NCBI GenBank assembly: GCA_000146465.1
Contig: CP001946.1
Strand: one strand, 5' to 3'
Length of the DNA stretch: 64,000 nt
The stretch's first letter is position 1; each line of letters opens with the position of its first letter. The notes beneath the pieces are model-generated. The model was given only the letters and a program-made list of their open reading frames with translations. It had not been told where the DNA came from and did not search any database. The position numbers and the translations under genes are program-made. Positions 57,701-64,000 of the stretch are shown here, piece by piece.

Positions 57701-58752
57701 TCCTTTACTTTTCTTTCTTCCTTCATTCTTTTCTCATTTTCTTCTATAATTTGCTTTTGCTTCTGTGATATTTTAGGAGGCTTCCCTCCCTTGGTCCTGA
57801 CAATCGGAGTGTATAATAGCTTCCCGTCAAACAGAGACTGTGCTGACTTTCTTACATTCTTCATATGTGCTGCTGCCGATGCTGGGCTCACCTCCTTTCC
57901 ACTTATAAGCAAGTCTAATTCCATCTCGAGATTTTTACTTTCAATATCCCTGTGGTTGTTTCCAATCAAGTCTTGATATTCCATACACTTTGGATCTTCT
58001 CCCATCTCCATTTCCCCAAGAAGAAGCCTCCCATCAAAGTCCATGGTCCTCTCAGGACTTTCATTCCTGAACATCCAGACAAGCTTTCTGCATAATTCCA
58101 TAGGCACCGAAAGCTTGCAAGGCCCAAAACTCTTGGTTCTTGTCTTGAACAATCTGTCAATTGTCTCAATGCTCATTTCTGCATTAATCTTCTTAATTTC
58201 CGTGTCCACATCCCCGTCGCTTCCTTCATCGCTTTCCTCGTCTAAAGGTTTCGTGGCCTTCCTCCCGGTCTTACGGTCAAGAGGAGAATAGACAAATGCA
58301 TAGACACTCGGGATCCTAAATTCCATCTGATCTAGAACCCCACAGTACAGGCTAATTCCAAGACATTCGTACAGGAACTCAAGCTCGCCCTTCTCAGTCC
58401 CTCCAAGAACAAGAGCAACTCTTTCATTCTCAATGTACTCATAAACCTTTGAAATGTCCATGCAATCAAATCTTCTCATCAAACATTCCTTGATAACCCT
58501 TCTGTGCCCAGACTCTGCCCGGAAAAACATCATGATGTTATCAAACCCAACCTTCTGTAGGTTCGACATCATAAATCGGATCCCATGGATGTATGTATGT
58601 AGAGGAAGACTCTCATAGCTAACCCCATATCTCTTGCTGATACTGCTTATAAGAGCCCCTCCATCCACTATGAGATGCCCTATCCCTGTGAACTGTGCAG
58701 AGATGTTCGTATACACCGGATGCTTTGTCCTGAAGTATTCTTCATAGTCCAT
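54745..58752 (-). CDS. Ski2-like DExH-box RNA helicase with a long N-terminal extension (DDX60-like layout)
   Basis: The ORF-track start (58800) is TTG; the first ATG is at 58752 (MDYEEYFRTK...). Walker A SAPTSAGKTFICF, the DEVH box IIIDEVHK, ATETLALGINMPCRTVVF, and motif VI QMAGRAGRRGFD. The helicase core starts about 530 aa into the protein. Confidence 0.8.
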   Translation of the reverse strand: MDYEEYFRTKHPVYTNISAQFTGIGHLIVDGGALISSISKRYGVSYESLPLHTYIHGIRFMMSNLQKVGFDNIMMFFRAESGHRRVIKECLMRRFDCMDISKVYEYIENERVALVLGGTEKGELEFLYECLGISLYCGVLDQMEFRIPSVYAFVYSPLDRKTGRKATKPLDEESDEGSDGDVDTEIKKINAEMSIETIDRLFKTRTKSFGPCKLSVPMELCRKLVWMFRNESPERTMDFDGRLLLGEMEMGEDPKCMEYQDLIGNNHRDIESKNLEMELDLLISGKEVSPASAAAHMKNVRKSAQSLFDGKLLYTPIVRTKGGKPPKISQKQKQIIEENEKRMKEERKVKEASWLRNFFGKYKVLDYQGKRSLLESVKRDGSGIYRRVLLLKIEFYADMWNLKKRSEDCDEGIIVPCYLSCMEYIREFGRLGKEDQAPDAELEFVFQNLIGCGFEATVRELVEKNGLEGLNLEFFTDDTSAPSEFDICFQLKHTGDKLQRSVNSKKDPRVLFNPDEWQVRLLDVVDQNKSAVISAPTSAGKTFICFYAIEKVLKESDTDVVIFCLPTKALVNQVSADIYARFTPKVNSKTFLQGSLMKEFSIAPWNCQVLIVIPSLLESVLNTPPKGFIERVRYIIIDEVHKISSEEMGIPIERIIHLSPCPMLVLSATLGNIEGFYGWMKKIEKEKGRECELVSYDERYCELKPYVYSHGFEPKMVAINNLFAYSYSHIKKFGFGNDMSFLPEELLHLYDSICAVLSKDQEHLIDRITPENFFKSNIVTKKEVREYGKYLLETFQEMIEGDLLNEKQVKYVYKLQTKEARKAFETVVDYSTDYLLENILDLLMELKERGMFPCIVFNTDRDFASKLALKVYRQLESQDMEKKKNKLIEKMKKEAKRTRDVEKTKESWIEESIAAEKSFQMRSDKKNIKYTFLDPLTKLTDYEISEETKFIKNTDFEFIDMLYRGIGVHHAHLNRKYRSLVEILFRQKHLQVLFATETLALGINMPCRTVVFAGDSLQLDPMNYKQMAGRAGRRGFDTLGNVVFMGIPKQRVQNLMVSLLPNIKGVYTYTNTSFVGFNMKDSLVKNPLLESTLYSNQDELGRSIGKLSISENSSSSYDLSNIYESEEKRAELVDYQLRLLNPYFLPRSYLCDLVIGNRDSDPEILSFALLLESRVLPLDPTTLMNALAHFFETKPLLFDMGCTLPPLDPAVYEFCKKINSISKACVTRLYSPILKSLQEMSDTPLHIIDSFLSVKNLDKVKNSYLVDFFRHGNWNRIAEENCIGTGELFKSLNVVNNVILSLIKLYDTYGLCDEDRSKIVRFHSMFEPKFKAMFA

Positions 58753-58824
58753 TTTCAGGGCAAAAATTTCTCCTGTGTTTTGCCGCCTTGGAAAAGACAA
58801 AAAGACATCTAAAACCGTATTTAA

Positions 58825-59586
58825 TCATCTTCTCGATCTTTTCTTACCTGTATACCTCGTGTTCCGTGGAACTTCGACGCCTTTAAGCTTTAGTTTCTCT
58901 TTTCTTCTTAGAATTGCATCTATTCTTCCAATCCCCTTCTTCTTCCTCTCCTTTCTGCATCTTGCTTCCCTGTTAGATGTAAGAACCAAAAAGCTCTTGA
59001 CATTTCGTGTTCCTTCGTTGTCTATTTGTATCCCTCCACTAAATCCTGCACGAATAGCCTCACTCTTCAACATCTCGATCTGATTTTGGCTCTTCAGATA
59101 AAATTGAAGGACACATTTAGCATCGGGCTTACAGACAGAATAGAGGGTTGTGAAGAATGTTCTGATTCTGCGCACAGGATGATCTTCCGATGAGTACGAG
59201 TGGAATAGCCATTGGATTGCACTGACACTCACCACTCCGTCAAATGTCCCGGGTTGAAAGTCCAGTCCCTTTCCCATATCCATTCTTATGTATCCAACCC
59301 CTTCTTCTCTTTCCATTCCGAGCTTCAACATTTCCATGCTTATGTCAATCCCAACCCATGGATATCCGTTTTCTGTGAGAACAGACCCACTAAGTCCAGA
59401 CCCACAGCCAACATCTAGGAGTAGTCCTCCATCCTTTGCCTCAAGGAGCTCAAGACATCTAAGAGCAAGTAGTCTTTGGATATAGACTATTCTGCTGTTT
59501 TGCGTATACTTCAAAGATTCTTCTTCGTCGTAGTACAGTTCTGCCGGCCCAGAATGCTCGGGAATCCCCATGAGGGCTAAATTCAT
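58825..59586 (-). CDS. BUD23: 18S rRNA (guanine-N7)-methyltransferase Bud23/WBSCR22
   Basis: AELYYDEEESLKYTQNSRIVYIQ, the SAM-binding LLDVGCGSGLSG, WVGIDISMEMLK, GTFDGVVSVSAIQWL, and a basic C-terminal tail. Confidence 0.9.
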   Translation of the reverse strand: MNLALMGIPEHSGPAELYYDEEESLKYTQNSRIVYIQRLLALRCLELLEAKDGGLLLDVGCGSGLSGSVLTENGYPWVGIDISMEMLKLGMEREEGVGYIRMDMGKGLDFQPGTFDGVVSVSAIQWLFHSYSSEDHPVRRIRTFFTTLYSVCKPDAKCVLQFYLKSQNQIEMLKSEAIRAGFSGGIQIDNEGTRNVKSFLVLTSNREARCRKERKKKGIGRIDAILRRKEKLKLKGVEVPRNTRYTGKKRSRR

Positions 59587-59679
59587 GCTTCAGATAATGG
59601 GAAGGAGTAAGACATACCTCCCAAGCATACTCCAAGGAACCAAGCATTTAAAAATAAATCAAACCGAATACTCCCACCC

Positions 59680-60432
59680 ATGAGTATAGCATACGAGGTT
59701 CTTGGCGTGAAAAGATGCGCCCGCTCCGGTGCCGAATTCGAAAGAGATTTGAAGAAGTTTTCCATAGCAGAGAAGATAATGATATTGATATTTTACTTAC
59801 TTCCAATTCTTATTCCCTCCACCGCCAAGTCGATAGACACACTCACTAATCTTGTCTTTCCCCTCTCTATGGGGTTGTCCACCTTTTCGTTCATGCCGAT
59901 AGCTACCAGAGCAGCCCGCAGATTCTTTGACTCAGATGTTGTTAGGATCGTCACTCTGCACAGCTTGATAGTTACAATCTACATACTCATGGTGTTTGCC
60001 TCTTCTCTTCGTGTGTCTAATATCTTCTACAGCGACAACTTCCTCGAGTCAAGCGGGTCTAGCGGAGAAATGGCATACAGAATGGTTATCCTTATTTCAT
60101 ATCTATTCTATGAATCAGGAAGACTCATTAATCGATCCAAAGGGCTTTGCAAACGATTTGTAGTGGTGTCTCAGCTTGCCGGAGCTCTTCTAACGGGAGT
60201 ATCTGCAGTTGTATGCAGGATGGGGCTTATCCCTGATTCCTTACTTCACCAACTGTTCTTCTGCTGTGGTGTTGTTTCGATCATAATGTCCTTAGCATTG
60301 GATAGTTTCCCAAGCATGATAACTCTGAAGAAGGATTTGGACATACTTCCACTCATTGGAGCAGGCGGATGTCTTTTTAATGCATTTCTTGGAACTTATA
60401 TGATACTTCCCAGCCTCCCCCTCAACCAATAA
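59680..60432 (+). CDS. hypothetical multipass membrane protein, 250 aa
   Basis: The ATG is preceded by 'ctcccaccc'. Six or more hydrophobic helices. No family recognised. Confidence 0.5.
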   Translation: MSIAYEVLGVKRCARSGAEFERDLKKFSIAEKIMILIFYLLPILIPSTAKSIDTLTNLVFPLSMGLSTFSFMPIATRAARRFFDSDVVRIVTLHSLIVTIYILMVFASSLRVSNIFYSDNFLESSGSSGEMAYRMVILISYLFYESGRLINRSKGLCKRFVVVSQLAGALLTGVSAVVCRMGLIPDSLLHQLFFCCGVVSIIMSLALDSFPSMITLKKDLDILPLIGAGGCLFNAFLGTYMILPSLPLNQ

Positions 60433-60459
60433 ATCTCTCATTAATAATATCTTGGCTTC

Positions 60460-61533
60460 TTACCAGTCAACCTTGAAATCTATTCTTTTTACACTTACCG
60501 GTCTAAACGTCCTTTTTTCTTCCAACCCCGGGTCCGAGTAATAGATCTCAGGCTGTTCCTTTCCATAGATGTTATATTCTGCAGAATCTACCTCGACACT
60601 ATTGATTCTTTCTTGCCCAGGCCCTCCAATGCAGCTGTTCTTGCATAGAAATACCTCTGCCATTTTGTATTTTGGGCCTTTCGTCTTACTGATCTTGAAA
60701 TAGTTAATGGAGTTCTCCAGGCCTGTTATTTGAGATACTATTCCACCATCATCTACCATGTACTCCCTGATTCCGTTTCTATCCTTTATTTTCTTTACAG
60801 AACGATGTTTGGAAAGTATGAACTCCGCATATCCCCCCGAGCTTGTTCCAATGTTCCATTGTGTTACCTCCATATCTTCTATCTCATGGTGATTCCAGGA
60901 ATTGGCTTTGAGAAACAGTTCAAACTCAAGCTCGTCAAGAACCCTCCGGAATTCTCTTGTGGTAAGGACATGATCAAACTTAACTCCATCTCTTCCACTT
61001 TCCAGTTTCTTGTCTTGGCAAGGCATCACACTTACTGTTCTGTCTCCTTTCACAAGGGAGAAGGCCATCTGTTGGGGAGACTTAACTCTCGACAGATAGT
61101 CTATGAGGTGGGGAGCAGTTCTCTCAACATAGGCAACAACACCCGGACATGCGCTGATCACCAGATGGTCTGTTGCCAGATACTCCTTGTAGATCTCTTT
61201 GTAGATTTTTCTTCTCATGCTAGAAGTGTCAACTATCCTGCGTACATTGAGCTTAGCTCTGAGGAACGAGGAGAGAGCACCTTCAAATTCTCTGTAGCTC
61301 ATATTTCCCTTTCCGTAGATGTTAAAGATGTTTACTTTCGATTGAGGAGAAAGAACAAAAGATGTTTGCGGGGCAGAATCTCGGACAAAGGAAATATCAG
61401 CAGAGAGTGCGCCAGCCTCATCTGTGGTCACACATCCACTACATGCAAGGCAATCGCTTAAAGATAAGTTGAATGGTGTATCTGTCTTAATGCATTTCTG
61501 ATTGTTCTTCGAAAGACCTGCAAAGAAGGACAT
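60460..61533 (-). CDS. NAR1: cytosolic Fe-S assembly factor Nar1/NARFL (hydrogenase-like), short form
   Basis: N-terminal cluster motif LSLSDCLACSGCVTTDE, internal ISACPGVVAYVE, and C-terminal CKNSCIGGPGQ match [FeFe]-hydrogenase-like Nar1. Confidence 0.85.
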   Translation of the reverse strand: MSFFAGLSKNNQKCIKTDTPFNLSLSDCLACSGCVTTDEAGALSADISFVRDSAPQTSFVLSPQSKVNIFNIYGKGNMSYREFEGALSSFLRAKLNVRRIVDTSSMRRKIYKEIYKEYLATDHLVISACPGVVAYVERTAPHLIDYLSRVKSPQQMAFSLVKGDRTVSVMPCQDKKLESGRDGVKFDHVLTTREFRRVLDELEFELFLKANSWNHHEIEDMEVTQWNIGTSSGGYAEFILSKHRSVKKIKDRNGIREYMVDDGGIVSQITGLENSINYFKISKTKGPKYKMAEVFLCKNSCIGGPGQERINSVEVDSAEYNIYGKEQPEIYYSDPGLEEKRTFRPVSVKRIDFKVDW

Positions 61534-61587
61534 TGTGGTTTTGCAGGGGATTTCGCTTCTGAAGAATTGTTGCCATGGATCCCTTGA

Positions 61588-61998
61588 ATGGAGATTAGAC
61601 TAAGCTCTTTCAAAAGAGAGCATTCTCTTCGAGAACTGTTGTCAAAGGATATGTCCGAGTATTGGGCAACAGACGATGTGTTGCCACACTCCATCCAGAT
61701 ATCTTTTGACAAGGTCCGATATGTCCAGTCCGTACAGCTGTTTCTGAGCTTCACACAGGACGACAGCTATACTCCCGAAAAGATAGAAGTCAGGTCGGGG
61801 TTGACCAGAGAGAGAATCAGACCAATAAGCTCTGTTGAACTTGTGGAGCCGGAGGGGCTGTTGACCCTGAATGTTGCGAGAAATTGTCTTTATGTCCAGA
61901 TTGTAATCAACTCGAACCATCAGGAGGGGAAGGATAGCCATGTCCGCCATTTGAAAGTTTTGGAGTCGTCGACAAAGGAGATTTACTACAAGATATAA
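61588..61998 (+). CDS. DOC1: anaphase-promoting complex subunit 10 (Doc1/APC10)
   Basis: YWATDDVLPHSIQISFDKVRYVQSVQLFLSFTQDDSYTPEKIEVRSG...NHQEGKDSHVRHLKVL matches the DOC domain (W.SDG.QPH.I.I.F.....I.....DESYTP.KI.V..G....NHQNGKDTHIR.IKI). Confidence 0.85.
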   Translation: MEIRLSSFKREHSLRELLSKDMSEYWATDDVLPHSIQISFDKVRYVQSVQLFLSFTQDDSYTPEKIEVRSGLTRERIRPISSVELVEPEGLLTLNVARNCLYVQIVINSNHQEGKDSHVRHLKVLESSTKEIYYKI

Positions 61999-62056
61999 AC
62001 TACTCTTGTACAAAAACCAAATAAACCTTTGTTCATAGGATTTGGCCATACAGCCA

Positions 62057-64000
62057 ATGAAAAGCGATATGCTTGGATATCCCATGTATTTCTATATACT
62101 AAACATTGAGCAGGTAAATGAAACAACGGTCATGCTTTATGGAAAGCAACTGGACGGTCTTCCTAAGGAGCCGCCTGTAGATGCATCTTTATGTAGTTCG
62201 ATATCTGGAAAGATCCGTGTGGAAAATATACATTCGCCAGTCTTCCTGAAGGCAGTCAAGGGTAAGGACGAGGAGTTGAAGAGAGATGTCGAGTTGTTCA
62301 TGAGATCCAAGGGAGTTGAGTGTGTGTTTGAGTCTACATCAAAAGAAAATGTGTTCTATAGTAATATGGATCGAAAGGTCGATTTAATCAAGGTCCTCCC
62401 CAAAAGAAACATTTCCTTTGACAACTTCTTTTCAGATTACTCAGAAGCGATCATAACAGAGTTTGGCAATCCAACAGAAAACATTGTTATATCAAGAAGG
62501 CTTAGAGGGCCTTGCATAGTTCGAATTGATGGACACTCCATGTCTTCTGCAAGGGAAACTGTTGTGAGGTCTCCCTCAATGATCCACTTTGTTTGCAATT
62601 CAAGTCTCCCTAAACTGGTCTTTGGCTCACTAGCAGTGAGATTTGACAAGACGGGAATTACCAAGTATTGCCTGTATGCACAAGGGACTTATCATTGCGG
62701 AGGAGTGAAACTTCCGGATTGCAAGGAGAATTTTGAAGGAAAGGGAGTTGAGTATACACACCATCAATCCTCGGATGCATTAGTGAAGGATCTCAATAAT
62801 TTGATGTCTAGCAAAGGCATTGATTGTATAGTCTATCACAATCTCCCTTCTCTGGTTCTCAAGAAGCTGGATATATCTGGAATGGTGAGATGTGATTTAT
62901 TTGTCTTTGCGAGCGGAAGCATAAAAGGATGTGATTTTTCCATTGGGGAACTACTTGGAACACTGAATCTGGAGGTTCCTGGGGAGCTGAAGGAAATCCA
63001 AGAACACACAGATGGCCAGCCCAAAAACTTATTCAAGACACTTGCTTTAGAATCCAAAGCAATACTGGAGATATTTGAGGCCACCGAAGCATTGCATCTA
63101 TCAAAGGAAATGTGTGAGATTTCAGGATATATTCTAAACAGAACTCTGCAGAACCTACGTGCTGAGAGAATTGAATATACTCTCCTTCATGAGTTATACA
63201 ACCGAGGATATCTATTTCCCTCATCTGTAAGTCGTCGAGAGGTGAAGTATACAGGAGGGCTGGTTTTATCTCCTCAAGCAGGGTTCTATGAGGATCTCGT
63301 CCTTCTCCTGGATTTCAACTCCTTGTATCCGTCGATTATCCAGGAGTTCAATGTATGCTTCTCGACGATAGGGATGTTTGATAAAAGCGTCTCGGGGGAT
63401 ATGAGTCCTGAGAAACTGGCAGTTCTGACCGAGAAGAGCAGAATGTCGGAAAGAGGGTTTCTCCCAAAGATTCTTGAAGGATTTGTTGGAAGAAGGAAGG
63501 CAATCAAGGACCTGATGAAGCAGAGCAGGACGCCAGAGGAAGCAAAGGCTCTAGACATAAGACAGAAGGCATTGAAGTTGACGGCCAACAGTATATATGG
63601 ATGTCTTGGGTTTACAGGATCAAGGTTTTGTAACTACACGATGGCAGCATATATAACCAACAAGGGGCGGGACCTTCTTCTGGAGGCGAAAAGAATTGCT
63701 GAGGAAGAGTGTGGGATGAGGATTATTTATGGAGATACCGACTCTGTGATGGTTTACACTGGTCTTTGTGGAGAGAAGTCCAACTACAAAAGAGCACTGG
63801 AAATGTCAAGAAAGCTGAGAGACACAATCAATTCAAAGCATCAGAAGATAGAGATTGAGGTGGACAAGGTTTTCAAAAAGCTTTTGCTATACAAGAAGAA
63901 GAAGTATGGAGGGCTCTACATGGATGAAGATGGGAAGACCTATGTGGAGTACAAGGGATTGGATCTTGTCAGAAAAGACTTTTGTGAGGTCAGTAGGAAG
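62057..64000 (+). CDS. POL1: DNA polymerase alpha catalytic subunit, 5' part; the gene continues past the 3' edge of the window
   Basis: The frame is open from the ATG at 62057 to the window end and is absent from the ORF track because it has no stop in the window. An N-terminal-domain block YPMYFYILNIEQVNETTVMLYGK is followed by polymerase motif A LLLDFNSLYPSIIQEFNVCFST and motif C YGDTDSVMV (Pol alpha-type). Confidence 0.9.
   Translation, partial: MKSDMLGYPMYFYILNIEQVNETTVMLYGKQLDGLPKEPPVDASLCSSISGKIRVENIHSPVFLKAVKGKDEELKRDVELFMRSKGVECVFESTSKENVFYSNMDRKVDLIKVLPKRNISFDNFFSDYSEAIITEFGNPTENIVISRRLRGPCIVRIDGHSMSSARETVVRSPSMIHFVCNSSLPKLVFGSLAVRFDKTGITKYCLYAQGTYHCGGVKLPDCKENFEGKGVEYTHHQSSDALVKDLNNLMSSKGIDCIVYHNLPSLVLKKLDISGMVRCDLFVFASGSIKGCDFSIGELLGTLNLEVPGELKEIQEHTDGQPKNLFKTLALESKAILEIFEATEALHLSKEMCEISGYILNRTLQNLRAERIEYTLLHELYNRGYLFPSSVSRREVKYTGGLVLSPQAGFYEDLVLLLDFNSLYPSIIQEFNVCFSTIGMFDKSVSGDMSPEKLAVLTEKSRMSERGFLPKILEGFVGRRKAIKDLMKQSRTPEEAKALDIRQKALKLTANSIYGCLGFTGSRFCNYTMAAYITNKGRDLLLEAKRIAEEECGMRIIYGDTDSVMVYTGLCGEKSNYKRALEMSRKLRDTINSKHQKIEIEVDKVFKKLLLYKKKKYGGLYMDEDGKTYVEYKGLDLVRKDFCEVSRK

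Noticed and set aside
60730-61461. 243-aa plus-strand ORF antisense to Nar1
   Set aside because: It is fully contained within and antisense to a gene with strong homology support. Low-complexity, Cys/Arg-rich translation is typical of a spurious antisense frame.
1-64000. CRISPR arrays, IS elements, transposons, prophage or defence islands, large tandem or inverted repeats
   Set aside because: By eye there are no direct-repeat/spacer periodicity, no transposase-like or integrase-like ORFs, and no long repeats. The window is ordinary eukaryotic housekeeping gene space.

Overview
This window is a gene-dense eukaryotic nuclear chromosome segment, not a prokaryotic locus. It holds about 55 protein-coding genes on both strands and 2 tRNA genes; spacers are mostly under 150 bp and several gene pairs abut or overlap. 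There is no rRNA, CRISPR array, recognisable mobile element or large repeat. Several features point to a microsporidian (Encephalitozoon-like) genome: a largely housekeeping gene set with consistently short proteins, almost no introns, C-rich (CCC) tracts directly 5' of many start codons, and one tiny GTAAGT...AG intron directly after the first two codons of RPS6 (taxon is an inference). Gene content includes: BRF1, TAF7 and a TAF8-like protein; a 3435-aa Tra1/TRRAP-like PIKK pseudokinase; MCM; DNA polymerase alpha (runs off the 3' edge); Nog1, Fcf1, Bud23 and a Ytm1/Notchless-like WD protein; RPL10A, RPS6, RPL21 and RPS9; an Sm protein, Sec61-gamma and Sed5; PP2A-B55, a WNK-like kinase with tandem C-terminal SAM domains, Ulp1 and Otubain; a Ski2-like helicase; GWT1, LCB2, PGI, 6PGDH, ITPase, PITP and Nar1; APC10, RanGAP, a RhoGAP and a BIR protein. 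Many ORF-track starts turned out to be TTG/GTG on inspection, so I re-set those CDS starts to the first in-frame ATG. One additional minus-strand CDS (start codon at 625..623, running off the 5' edge) and the pol-alpha CDS at the 3' edge are absent from the ORF track, presumably because they lack a stop inside the window. All coordinates are from manual counting and may be off by 1 nt; ORF-track coordinates were used wherever possible. No database searches were run; all protein assignments are from recognised motifs and remembered family signatures.
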